Part shown: positions 51,362-64,000 of the stretch, in pieces
Numbering within the stretch: the stretch's first letter is position 1
Layout of the letters: each line of letters opens with the position of its first letter
From: Octopus bimaculoides
Taxonomy: Eukaryota
Length of the DNA stretch: 64,000 nt
Assembly (NCBI RefSeq): GCF_001194135.2
Contig: NC_068992.1
Location: forward strand, 13,768,984 to 13,832,983
Reading direction: 5' to 3'
Made by a program: the position numbers and the translations under genes
The notes under the pieces: model-generated
Databases searched by the model: none
Told to the model about the DNA's origin: nothing
The model's input: the letters and a program-made list of their open reading frames with translations, nothing else

Positions 51362-54000
51362 ATACATATTTTTAACCGCATATAAATTCGTCTGTGTCTT
51401 TTGTAAAGCCGATCTTTATTCTCATCAATTCACTGACAATTACACAATGCATTTAATTGCGATGCCCACCAGATTGACCTGTGGCCACTCGGATCTATCA
51501 CGGCTGGATTTAATTTCCTGAAAAGAATCAATAGTACTACGCTACTGAAGATGACAGATCATATATTGGTAGAGGAGACTGAACTTAACTTGTATGATTC
51601 AATGCACGTGAACAAATTTATAACACAAAATCACTGAAAAGCGGCTGTGTCCTTCTTAATCAAACAAAAGCTAGGACATACAGATCAATCTAATTGTGGA
51701 CCGGACCGGACCTCACCGATCAATTGTTCCACTACTACTTGCTTGCGATGACAATACTAAATTATTGCCGCCTATGCTTTTATAAAAACTGTATCATAAA
51801 AATGACCTCACGTATGTAAAGCGCCAAAGATTTGTACTGTAAAGCACACCCGAGTATTACAAATGAGACATGATTTTATGTTAGATCTGATCATTTTTCC
51901 ATACCTATTTCGCTATCCTCAATGTTGATTATCATTATACAAAGGTTAGGTTAATCTATTATCACAAGAGCATGCAACCTGTAGTTATGTTCTCTTCAAA
52001 ATTTAATATAATATATATTTAGCGATTATATTAGATCTGGTATTATACTTAGTACGAAAATAATACAGAGTAAAACGTTTCATTATCAATATGTCTGTAA
52101 TCACCTAATTCCCTTTTCTACGAAAGGTTGTACCTGCTGAGTCAAATAATGGTACCGCCTTCACATGATACATTATAAATCAAGTCGAAACTTGTCGAAC
52201 TGAAGAAATTTGAGTGATTATTTGAGTCGGAACAAACGTCCAAACTTTGTTGGTTTCTTGTTTCAGATTATAAGGAGAAGCAATTATGAAGGAGCCGTTT
52301 GTTGTTAGGTTGGCGCTCCAACGAAAGGATTGATCTTCAGCGAGACAGCTTAGTTGTGTATAGGGACAGGGAAACTTTTATGTCCACAGAGTAAATAAAT
52401 CTCAAATACGAAATTAGAGGAATCAAATGTTGATGGCCGACAGAAGCTGGTAAATGTATAGTTTTGGGTATGTATTATAGCCTAACCATAATACCTCTGC
52501 TTCAAAGAATTACTGAAAAGACTAGTAAATATTATCATTAAGTTCTTTGATCAGAAGATGTAACAGCCACAGAAGAATTATTTCTGAGAATATTTGTGTG
52601 ATGGTGTTCTTATTGTGTCCTTATGTTTAAACACTTACAGTCGGTTGATACACATGCATATCTCCCCCAGCGCATCTCTTTCATTGAACTGGAATCATTT
52701 ACGTTAGGGAATATGGAGAATTCGCAAATGCCTTTAGTCTATTTGTGGTTTGACGTACAACGCCGTATAGATTATGCTATACAGACACTTCATTGCCATT
52801 AGCCAAACCTGTTTCAAATACATGTAGAATGATGATGCCACTTTTCCCATACACTTGTGAAATAATGTAAAACCGTCGTTAAAAGATCCTTTTGCCATAC
52901 AAGGCTTAATGCAAATCCTCATTCCAACATTGTTTCGAATGTAAGATCAGTCGGCTTTATAGTTTATTTGCTTGTTAATTGAATGCTGTTTATTGGGAAC
53001 ATATATTACATAGTAGTAATTGCAACCATCGACCCTTTATCAAGATTTTCAAGTACCAGCTGAGGCAGAGACGTGTAAGTGATAATAAGTGTTGGTGTAG
53101 TTGAGGCAGTAGGTATTAGGCATCAATAATATTTATACATATGACTTGTTACCACATTCTTTCTTACAATATATTTTTATCCAATGTTTAATACATACAT
53201 GCGTTGTAGCATTCGCGAATATATCTGAAATGGCATTTATTTGTGTCGTTGCAATATTTCTTTCACTCTATCAAAATATCATTGTGATTTTGGATTTTCA
53301 ATTTCCGCATTTCAGATATTTTGAAGTTAACCTACGCAGAAAGCTTTTCAAATTCTTAACACTGGTTGAAATATTACTCGTATCTTCTTCTTTTGGGAGA
53401 TGATGTTCATCTCTTAGCAGATATCCCTGTCCAGATATCTCTCAAAATGTAACTATTTATTGCCTCCTGTCCGGGTATTAAGAGACAGCGTGATCGATTT
53501 AATTTTACACTCTAAGAAAATATGTTCGTTGCAGTTTTTCTTATAATAGAGTTTAAATAGTTCTTGTTTGTTGAACACAGAACTTATGACCATAAAACTA
53601 TTTATGTTTCTAAGTCTGTAATCCGGAGGCCATGTGACTGTGACTGCTCGGCCAGAATCTGTTAGCATTATGTCATAGAAATATTAAATAAGATGTACTT
53701 TATATATACATAATCTCGTAATGCACTTTATAGTTCAGTTATTAATTTTGTAAGATAACCTACACATCTTCAATTCTGATGTAACTTCAAATGTTCCAAT
53801 TTAGATTTTCTAGTTTTTTTATTTTCCCGCTGACATTTCTGTCATGTTTTACTTGTGCTAAACATTGCCTATGCCATTTGCTCAGGGGTGCTGTGCATCG
53901 ATGTCACCCAATTTTTCTATATGAATGACTTTGCTTTTTCCTCTCTCCTTCTTTAAATTCTAGCCATCCCAAAATACGTCTCGTCTTATAAAGCCATTAT

Positions 54001-54036
<36 letters not shown>

Positions 54037-55957
54037 TCAACACTCGCAATTATGGATGTCATCCATGCGACACCTTTGCATTTTGTGAAGTCTCTAAACT
54101 AAAGTAACAGAATCTCAAACAAGAGGAAAGTTAAACCAATAAGTGGACGCTTAAGCACAAGGCTCAAATTATTGAACGTCACGGAAAAGACCAGTGACTT
54201 AATGAACAAGCTTTATGTAGAATCCAGTGAAATATATCGGGTGAAAAACAATGCACTCTTAGAAAATTCGTTTTGGGATTGTATGACATCTCTGCGCTTA
54301 AAATAATAAATATTTTTAATAATACACGGTTGCTTTAATACAGAGTCTCTGAATCAACGACGCTCCTTCCTTGCTGTAGAGAGTACATCATATGTCACCA
54401 TTGTTTATAGAAAACCATTGGATTTGAAAGAAAAGTAGTTTACTTGGATTTTCATTGTGATTTCGAAATATGAATGTATTTCAGTATTTGATTAGAAAAT
54501 ATTTCGCTTATTTGAAGAGAGTTGTAAGCCTCAGTGGTTTACTCCATAACAGAAGCTGAAATATTTTCAGTATAACTCCAAGGATAGTTTTGCTTACTTG
54601 TTTTGTTTATTGAATCTAGAATCTTCCGTTTACTTTACAACAGTATAAAAATCCTTATTAATTCTTGGAATCTTTTGTATATTTATTCAATTATTTTATT
54701 TATTGACAAGCCTATTATTGATTATGAGCAAGTTATGAAATTATATCAACCCGTTAAAGGATGTTTAATTATAATTTTCTTCTATTAATGTGACGATAAA
54801 CTCGACTAATTGCAATTAACGATGAAATATTTCTGCTTTAAACAGATTAACGATAATCTTATCAACTCAGTTATTGTTGTTGTTATTATTATTATGGTTG
54901 TATTTACTATAGTTATTTTTTTAATAATTATAATTAGTATCATTATTATTGCCATGTACGTTATTATTATTATTTGTATTATTCATTCTGATTATTTTTT
55001 GCTTTTCGTTATCATGTAATTTTCATTATCATTATCAATAATATTGTTATCTTTATCATTTAATAACGCATGAAATAACTATGATTATTTTTTTAATATT
55101 TAATATTTGTTTTTAATTGATATTTCCTATAATCTAATTGATGCAAACCTAATCATGTTAGATATTTTGTGCTCGGTCGGATATTGCTCTTCACTTCGAT
55201 ATTATAATCGAAATTTCTTTTCCCTGTCAACATTTACCGTCTTGTACATGTCTTGTGTTACTTTAGCATCACTTCCTTATCATGCCTCTTATCATCGTCT
55301 TATTCACAATCATCAGCGCTTGCGTTAAATCTGCAATCACCACCATTTACAGGTGAGTTGATTGAATTTATACATCCAGCATAGATTCACAGTCTCCCGT
55401 GTGATGAAAAGCATAAAACAATAATCTTCCACCATAATTTTTTTCCCGTCTCTTGTTACCCTGATCAAGGAGCATTTGAACCCGATGACTGCTTGTTTCC
55501 CCGTTTTCCTTTTTCCTGATGTGAACGTTTTTCCTGCATTTGAATAAAGAGAGATTGTCATCCGAATATCAAGAATCAAATCGATGTTGTGTAGTGGCTG
55601 ATATATGGAAATTTATGCCGTGAACAAACTTTGACGATTTTTCGTAGAAATCGTTAAAGAAATATGTCTAGAATTCGGTGATACTTTAGATATGTTACTG
55701 TAATAAAGAACCGCTATAGGAATTTCTATGCCATTTTGCCAGACCTTCATATCGTAAAAGCCTTTGTTAAACCTAATATCAGACCTGATCAAATAAAACT
55801 ATGCTTAAAATTGTGCCAGGCCAGGCATAAGCATCTTAGATTTCATTGGTCGATATGTGCTATTTGTGAAATTTTGTGTTCAATTTCTAGAAGATCATTT
55901 GAAGCTGTAGAGGTATCCGTGTTGTTAAGTACATGAAAATGAAAAAATGAGATGCCG

Positions 55958-56125
55958 TCATCTTTAGCGGTAAAAGGATTCGCAGCATTTCTTCCGGTTG
56001 TACGTTCTGAGTTCAAATGCCATCGAGGTTGACTTTTTCTGTCATTCTTCCTGGGTTAATGGGGCTAGTGAAATCAACTGGCCTCCTCTCCCAGAAATAT
56101 CAGACCTTTTGCAAATAGTAAAAAT
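55958..56125 (+). mobile_element. Degenerate family A SINE
   Basis: CAGCATTTCTTCCGGTTGTACGTTCTGAGTTCAAATGCCATCGAGGTTGACTTT. Confidence 0.7.
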
Positions 56126-57331
56126 AACTATTTATATCAAAACCCTCCCAGGTATAGCGGATCTAAGATTAAAAACCATTTCGGTTTTGAACATGTCATG
56201 TGTGTCATATGTCTGGAAGTATTTTACCTAATGTCTCTTTGTCGTATTTGAGTATAACCTTATATAGAGTCGGTTGCTATTTCTGGGTAGTCAGGCGTAG
56301 AGGTTAAGTTTTCAAAGATAGCTGAAAACAGTGGTAGATGAAGGCAGACGGTAGAGAAATATACGTTCATCACATTTCGTATTCCAACTGACACATAATT
56401 TCATTTTCTCGAAATATTTTGAATGAAACCTAAGGAGTTGTCATTATTGTCCAAGATATTATTGTAATTGTTCACATTTATTTTGGTGATGGTGATGGTG
56501 TGGGATGTTTGCAGCAGCTCAGCGCATTATCTGAGATAAGCATGATCTGAGATAAGCAGATTATCAGTTGAAAAGAAAGAAAATTAGTGTTTTAGGTAGG
56601 ATATTGCAGTTCAGTCTTGAATGTATCGCATTAAATGGTTTACGGTTTTGGGACTGTCCAATTAACACGCCAACGAGGCTGAACTAATTTGTCGCCAACC
56701 AGGTGCTCTGTAAGATTTAAAACCGGTTTCTGCCAAATTTGTTTACTGGATCGGAATGAATTGCCAGCCTCAAAACACAACGAAACGTTTGTAAGAAGAG
56801 AGACGAAACTCAATATGTTATAGTTCAATCAACAGGCCTCATGCTTTTTGCTCAAAATTCACGTGAATGTATCTTATGGATAACAATACAGCATTTTCAA
56901 ATTTGTGCTGATTAATCATAGGATAGTGACCAATAGCAGTGTAAACTTCTAATTTTTTCATGTGTTTTCATGTGTTGCTAGAAGTGCAATTTTGCCAACT
57001 GAAAGAATCTTGCACATGAAGTTTTAGGCTTTTCGCCAGAACTAGAAATCATGATCCAGTTGCATCCAAAAAACAAAATATCGAGTTGTATTTGGTATGT
57101 TAAAATTCTTTAACCCCTTCGTCGGTTTACGGTTGTTTTTCTTTTGAATTTTTCAGTGTTATTGGTAGTTTAAGTGAAGGTTTTAGCTCCTCTTTCTAGC
57201 AGGTAGGTGCCTTGTGTGCCCTTATGATAAATATAAACTTTAAATTTTAATTCAATAGCTATCTAATGCTATTTAAGACCTGCAACCACCTATATTATTG
57301 TTGTTGTTAGTATTAATTATTTATATTTACG

Positions 57332-57332
<1 letters not shown>

Positions 57333-57384
<52 letters not shown>

Positions 57385-57385
57385 A
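57333..57385 (+). repeat. (CTAT)n microsatellite
   Basis: Direct reading. Confidence 0.97.
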
Positions 57386-58416
57386 TTGGTATATACACTA
57401 GTGTATATATGTATTCGAATTTATGTGGGGATCATCTTTTATGAATAGCTAAAAGATATTGACTCTAAATTATAACTCTAGCTGCGTTTACAGTCATCTC
57501 TATATGAGGTTCGCTTACATTACATCATTTGCACGACGGTATAGACAAATTTTTATTCATATATACATATGTACACATGTATATATCTGTACATATATGT
57601 ATCTTTATGTATGTATATAAGTATGTGGTTGTGTGTTTCGCGCGTGTGCGTGAGTTGGTGTGCGTGTGTGTGTGCGCGAATATAGTCAGATAGATGTGCA
57701 AATATAAACGTATATATATACTTGGATCCAGATATATATATATATANNNNNNNNNNACATACATACATACATACATACATACATACATACATACATACAT
57801 AGCGTTAATTTTACTTGCGCAGAAGAAGCATATTATTGTCCTTTTGACCAGATAATTATTTAAGTATCGAAAAGGTCGCATAATTACATTAAACCAACTT
57901 TTCATTATCTGTAATTAAAGTTCATAATTTTCTATATCATCTTTATAAAATTTATTGTTGCCCTCGAGGTCGTATCATTTCGATAAAAAAGAACTTTTAT
58001 TTAATTACAGTTTTAATTAAATTAATTAATAATTTTCAAATGTTCACAAATATCGGATCTTCATTATTCTGTTTTGTTATTGCCTTCATGTTTTATATGA
58101 ATGCTTAGTTAGACGTGCCATTAACATAGTTGTATTCCTCATTACGTAAACAATCAATTATATTCTGATTATTGTCTTATACAAATCGGGAATGAAACGA
58201 CAGGTTGGGGTACTTAAATATTTTATTTCATGTCTTTTCATTCATCTGTTCTAAATAGAACTACGCCGCATCAAATACTCACGTGTATGCATCTAAGTAT
58301 ATGATAAAATTCTTATGCGACTGCTAACATTTTATCGTACAATAAATACATTTATAGAATATGGGCAAATTATCACTTTAATATATACAGTGATAATATA
58401 TACAGTGTAATATATA

Positions 58417-58544
58417 CAGACTTGTCCACAAAGTCTGGGTACATGCGGATTAACAGATACATTAAGAAATTATTATTTCTTATATTTAATTGTTTATGTT
58501 ATGATTTTATTTACTCCATGTACCCAAACTTTGTGGACACCCTG
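58417..58544. mobile_element. 128-bp Tc1/mariner-type MITE
   Basis: TA|CAGACTTGTCCACAAAGTCTGGGTACATG...CATGTACCCAAACTTTGTGGACACCCTG|TA: TIRs of about 29 bp, TA TSD. Confidence 0.88.
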
Positions 58545-58567
58545 TAATATATACAGTGTAATATATA

Positions 58568-58951
58568 CAGTCTTGTCCACAAAGTTTGGGTACATGCGGA
58601 TTAACACATACATTAAGAAATTATTATTTCTTATATTTAATCGTTTATATTATGATTTTATTTACTCCATGTACCTATATGGGGATTAACACATACTTTA
58701 AGAAATTATTATTTCTTATATTTAATTGTTTATGTTATGATTTTATTTACTCCATGTACCCACATGGGGATTAACACATACTTTAAGAAATTATTATTTT
58801 TTTATATTTAATTGTTTGTGTTATGATTTTATTTACTCCATGTACCTATATGGGGATTAACACATACTTTAAGAAATTATTATTTCTTATATTTAATTGT
58901 TCATGTTATGATTTTATTTGTTCCATGTACCCAGACCTTGTGGACACCCTG
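58568..58951. repeat. Duplicate MITE containing 4 tandem copies of its 85-bp internal unit
   Basis: Same TIRs as 58417-58544. Unit GGATTAACACATAC..AAGAAATTATTATTTC..CCATGTACC starts at about 58598, 58683, 58768 and 58854. Confidence 0.92.
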
Positions 58952-61084
58952 TAGAATTGCTACATTTACTGTTCTCTATTTTGGTTGGTTCAACATAGTT
59001 TTGTCATCCCGGGCCAACTATGAACGAATAGGACTACGAGAAATTTTATGTATCCCTGATCTTCCTTTTCTTCATCCTTATTTAATTGGCACAAGCATGA
59101 ATACTTTGACAAGCAATCCACATAATAACTGCATGCCTTTATATTAGGTCCCAGCGTGTTGGAGCTAGGGCTAGTGTTCTCTCTTATAACCTAGATCTCA
59201 CTAACGCTTTTTGAGTGAGAGTATTAACGTATTTGTTTGCCAGAGTTTGTGTGAAATCTGTTTAATTTTAGGTAAGAAATTGAATTGTGGATAGCCTCTT
59301 CAAATATGATGCTGTAGGATGCCAAAATTCAACAGTGGAAGAAGAATATGAATCTATTAATCGTTTTTTAAGAAGGCAAAGTGATTTGAATGGTGTTCGA
59401 CTTCCATTTCTAGCAGGAAGCATTCACGCAGAGATCAAAACCTCGCTTTATCAAACTGCAAAAAGATAATCTCTTACTGTGCATGTTATAAAGTGTGCAT
59501 GGGTATGTATATGGCATGGGCGTTTAAGCGTGTGTGCCTATGTATTTCTTTATCTATGTCTTTTTAACTATCTGTTTGTGTGCGTGTGTGCGCGCGTGTT
59601 TCTGTCAGTATGCACATGTGTTTGTGCGTATATGCTTAGACGTGATGGTGCAATGTATGTGAGTGTGATAGAAAGTGATTGAAAGGGAAGTAAATGCTCC
59701 CGTGAGCAGTTATTCCTTTTATATTTACATCCTGTAAGCGAAATATTTAGCGCTGCAATTAAGTTCCAATTAGTGATGTTGCACCGACATTTCTACCATT
59801 TCGGACGAGAGAATATGGAGATGGATGTATTTACCTAAATGTTATACAGATGAGAATTAACCTTCAGCGCACTGCTCTTAACATCCAATTATTGTAACCT
59901 CAACGTGAATGCATAAAACCCTTCTGTATTAATAGCCAGGCATCGTATTATACAATCTGTCGAAGCAATAAAGAGACAGAAGCGTTTTGACAGATGATTA
60001 AATTGCTTGTTGTATTTAATTACCCAATTTTGCCTTCTAAGTACAGACCCTGTTTAAATTTGTTGTACTTTTCATCATGCCTGTATCAGTAGTATAGCTA
60101 TCTGCGACTTACTACTTCTATTCTTTCTTCGTTTTCTTCTTTCCCTCTTCTACTTCTTTTCTTTTCTCCTCCAAGTGTCAGTGAATATGGTCTTCCACGC
60201 CGACTCATTAGTAGGTCTTTCTGAAGCCTATATTAAAGTATCGAATATCTTTTCCATTTTCCTTTTTCGTTGTCTCCTGTCCAGATTTCCTGGTTGTCAC
60301 TAAACACTGAAGGCTATTTATTTATATATGGTGCAAAATGAACAGAGATTCATTTTCCTTTTATGTCATGGTTTTTGCTTGTGTAAAGATTTCGATGTTT
60401 GTGTAATTATTGCCATTTATCTAAAAATGATGTTAGAGCGTCAGCAAAAATGCTTTGCCATATACCTTCAAGCTTCTTACATTTTCAGTTAAAGTCTCAC
60501 CGAGTTCAACTTTAGTTTTTATTCTTGCGGAGTCGACGAAAAGATGTACAAGCCAATTAATTCTTTATACTATAACGCATTAAACCAAAGTGTTTTAGAC
60601 GAAAAGTCCTTGATCCGTTAAATTTGGGTGTATAAGATGAGCTGCAACAAATATTCTGCTCAGTACCAAATATTTGCTTGATAATCGCTTGATCTTAACT
60701 AGCTGAGCATGATCTTTAGTGGCTGACGATATGTGCAGAAAAAGGGGTAGTCGGGGAACATCATAGCCATGTGTGGATAAGGATTCTTCGGGGTTTGAAA
60801 ACTTCATATCTGGGAATATGAGTGTTTTGTTCATCATCTTTAAACAACGCATATCTAAGAAACTTTTGAGCCGGATGAGTAACATGACCTGAGGAAAATT
60901 CTTACTGGGTCCCACCTGCAACCTCATGCGCTGTTTTTCTTAGTATATGGTCAGAAACACGCACATATTATGGTTGTGATGCATGTGCCTGGTGCAACAT
61001 GGTCAGGCTTGTAGTCATGATGAGAGCATGTGACCTCATATATATGTATCCAAGCGTCATTTTGATGGCATGCGATATTCTCTC

Positions 61085-61085
<1 letters not shown>

Positions 61086-61121
<36 letters not shown>
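61086..61121 (+). repeat. (AAT)n microsatellite
   Basis: Direct reading. Confidence 0.95.
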
Positions 61122-61122
<1 letters not shown>

Positions 61123-62011
61123 GTTTGAGATATCAGTGCAGTTATTTTGTGTCTGGGTAGTTACACGATAACAATAATCACACGACTTGACGAGTTCTTC
61201 CTCACCGAATCCGAAACGACGTAAGCCAAAGTTAACACTGGCGAGGTTTAAACTGAAAATGTAAAGAACCGAAAAAAGAACATTAACTGCAACAGTAGCA
61301 GAAGAAGAAGCAATGTCATCTGCCACAAAAACAACGGTATATTTTCTGTCAGGGAATAACATAACGAATTGGCAAATTCATTAATGTGTCGGATAGCGTG
61401 CCTGATGGTGTTTGATCTGCTCTCTCCCCAAGCTGAGTAAAAACACTGCAGCGGTTGATTTTTCTTTCATTCATAGATCAATAAATAATGCAGCAGTCAT
61501 GTGCTGGGATCGATTTCTTTTGCCTTTGTTCTTGGGAATCTCCCGGTGAAGTGGCCAAAGATTGTGCATTCGTGTCACAGTTGTATCAACCTTTTCACCA
61601 GCACACTAAGTTACATGAATGAACAAGGCTAAATAATGATTTATTTTATACAAGTTTGATAAATGTAGTTAATTACTGAACATCTCATAACAAGCTACTT
61701 TCAACATTAAGCAGTTTATCCTAAGATATTCAGTATCAACGCTTTAACAATTACACACGTGAGATTTTACCTGTTAAGCAGACAAAAGCAATGATAACAT
61801 TCGTTTATTATAGGTTTCTGTGCAATCGTCATGTCACCATTTATAACATATATTTGGTACTACGTAAAATTATAGATACAATAGAGCGTTAAAGGAAACT
61901 TTATCATTACAGATATTTGTGAAGGTAGTTTTGCTTTGTGTTTATACATACGAACGCGCGTATAAATATATATATATACGTGCGCGTGTCTGTGTACATA
62001 TATATGCATAG

Positions 62012-62490
62012 ACATGTCCTACACATCGCCTGCGCAACCTCATTGAAATTTTTCTAAAACCACTTTGGTGTCATATACCGAATTTCATTCGGGTTGACAT
62101 CGATTTCCTGTCACATCTGCCCAAAATAACAAAATCCAATTCACTGTTAGTTAATTTTTATGTAACAAACTTATATACGAACTTTCCACATGATTTAGGA
62201 ATTACTACCATAAAATATTGGGTCTAGAACATAGAGAAGCGATCCCCAGTAGATTTAGAGTAACCTTTAAACTAGACGCGGTCAGCCTCATCCTCGAAAA
62301 CAATATATTACTTTTCGACGGAAAAAAAAACTAGCACCAAATTTGAGGCACAGCTACGGGAATGCGATTTGCTCCAGTTTTCGTGAACTCAATATTGGGA
62401 TACTTGGACCAAGACCTATAGTAAAATAAGTGAAGAGAACTACGGTATAACTTTTAAAAGACATATAGAGGGCACATGGAAAAGATACCT
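62012..62490 (+). mobile_element. Penelope-like retroelement RT fragment (Neptune/Poseidon-type motifs)
   Basis: TCPTHRLRNLIEIFLKPLWCHIPNFIRVDIDFLSHLPK..LLVNFYVTNLYTNFPHDLG..SLILENNILLFDGK..GTATGMRFAPVFVNSILGYL..TWKRYL (cf. SFDV.SLYTNIP, GTAMG...AP.YAN, WKRYLDD). Confidence 0.9.
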
Positions 62491-62880
62491 AAATTCAAAC
62501 AAATTCGGAGTATATGTATGTATGTATATATATATATATNNNNNNNNNNNNNNNNNNNNNNNNNNNNNNNNNNNNNNNNNNNNNNNNNNNNNNNNNNNNN
62601 NNNNNNNNNNNNNNNNNNNNNNNNNNNNNNNNNNNNNNNNNNNNNNNNNNNNNNNNNNNNNNNNNNNNNNNNNNNNNNNNNNNNNNNNNNNNNNNNNNNN
62701 NNNNNNNNNNNNNNNNNNNNNNNNNNNNNNNNNNNNNNNNNNNNNNNNNNNNNNNNNNNNNNNNNNNNNNNNNNNNNNNNNNNNNNNNNNNNNNNNNNNN
62801 NNNNNNNNNNNNNNNNNNNNNNNNNNNNNNNNNNNNNNNNNNNNNNNNNNNNNNNNNNNNNNNNNNNNNNNNNNNNNNNN

Positions 62881-62925
<45 letters not shown>

Positions 62926-63218
62926 TTGTGTGTGTGTGTATGTGTGTGTGTGCGTGCGTGTGTGTAGCATACTTGAAAAATCCTGAAAAATGAAAAACCC
63001 TCAAAGTTTAAACATTTTCTGCCAAAGTGATGTCAATAAATGGCAGTTTTAGTGTGGAATTTAAAATTAGAGTTTAGAATAAAATTTGATATCAAATATA
63101 CAAATAATAGGCTGGTTTAAAACTAACCACATCTAGCGTACTCCACTAAATAGCTAGAGAGACTCCACTAGATAGCTAGAGAGAGAGTAAACTGAAAGGT
63201 AAATTAAAAGTATTCTAA

Positions 63219-63430
63219 GACGGCGAGCCGGAAGAATCGGTAGCACGCTGAACAAAATGCTTAGTACCAATTCGTCCGTCTTTGAGATCTGAGTTCAAAT
63301 TCTACCGGGGTTCATTTTGCCTTTCCTCCTTTCAGGGTTGACATAAGTACCGGTTGAGCACTGTGGTCGATGCAATTAACTTACCTACACGCCCGAAATT
63401 GCTGGCCTTGTGGCAAAATTTGAAATCAAT
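63219..63430 (+). mobile_element. SINE family A, third tail variant
   Basis: GACGGCGAGCCGGAAGAATCGGTAGCACGC..GAGTTCAAATT..TTTTGCCTTTCCTCCTTTCAGGG..GAAATTGCTGGCCTTGTGGCAAAATTTGAAATC. Confidence 0.85.
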
Positions 63431-63930
63431 ATACAAAGTATACCGTTGTCCAAATGTTTTCGTGGTTCCAAGATCGAACCCAGTTATGTTTTAGAGTCGG
63501 TGTAATCGACTGGATCGTTCACAATGCATACTCATCATTGTGCCTCAGACAAAACTAATGGAAATTGAAGATACATGATTCGAATTAAAAAATATTCAAA
63601 ACAATTAAATGCTAGGAACACACATCAATCGGATCGGAGCCCCGTCGAAAACAGAATCATCACTAGAATATAAGCTACAAGCGTGCTACAATATGTAGTA
63701 TACATATTAAGTAGGGAAGCAGGCAGTTGTAGACTGAGATATGTATTCGTGTTTGGTGTGTAATGCAACAAGTTGTCTCAAAGGAGACACACGCCAGCCT
63801 GACAGGGTCTCACATTATTGCTGATATGGATATTCTTTGAATTAACCCGTTCCAATTCGTATGAATATGCGAAATATGCATTTCGTGTGCATAATATATA
63901 TGCATGTGTGCGTCTGTGAGTGTGTGTGCG

Positions 63931-64000
<70 letters not shown>

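Noticed and set aside
53102-53122. TGAGGCAGTAGGT, let-7-like
   Set aside because: Seed mismatch, divergent 3' half and no hairpin partner.
58560-58951. Regular direct repeats as a possible CRISPR array
   Set aside because: Contiguous 85-bp units with no unique spacers, enclosed by MITE TIRs, in eukaryotic DNA.
60595-60927. 110-aa minus-strand ORF (also 36091-36438, 59287-59469, 50694-50885)
   Set aside because: No recognisable domain, splice context or coding signature; lengths are compatible with chance or decayed TE sequence.

Overview
AT-rich, microsatellite-saturated eukaryotic DNA with 11 N-gaps, most of them flanked by simple repeats. The SINE repertoire looks like that of an octopus or other coleoid cephalopod; this is an inference from recognising the repeat families. 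No host protein-coding gene is confidently recognisable, and nearly all ORFs in the supplied track are microsatellite or gap artefacts. The window is essentially a transposon graveyard. It holds about 20 tRNA-headed SINE copies from four families (labelled A-D here), two Penelope-like retroelement relics of different types, two R4/Dong-type (RLE) LINE relics, scrambled RTE LINE pieces, mariner and Tc1 relics, a Helitron 3' end and three Tc1/mariner-type MITEs. The most interesting signal is that family-A SINE multimers are joined at the same position each time: the tail of one copy is fused to about nt 17 of another copy's head (AATAAG|AAACGTTAGC, 3 junctions at 2 loci), suggesting self-targeted insertion. 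Also notable are a MITE turning into an 85-bp minisatellite, a long fold-back MITE, a closely spaced inverted SINE pair and a possible 5'-inverted RTE insertion.
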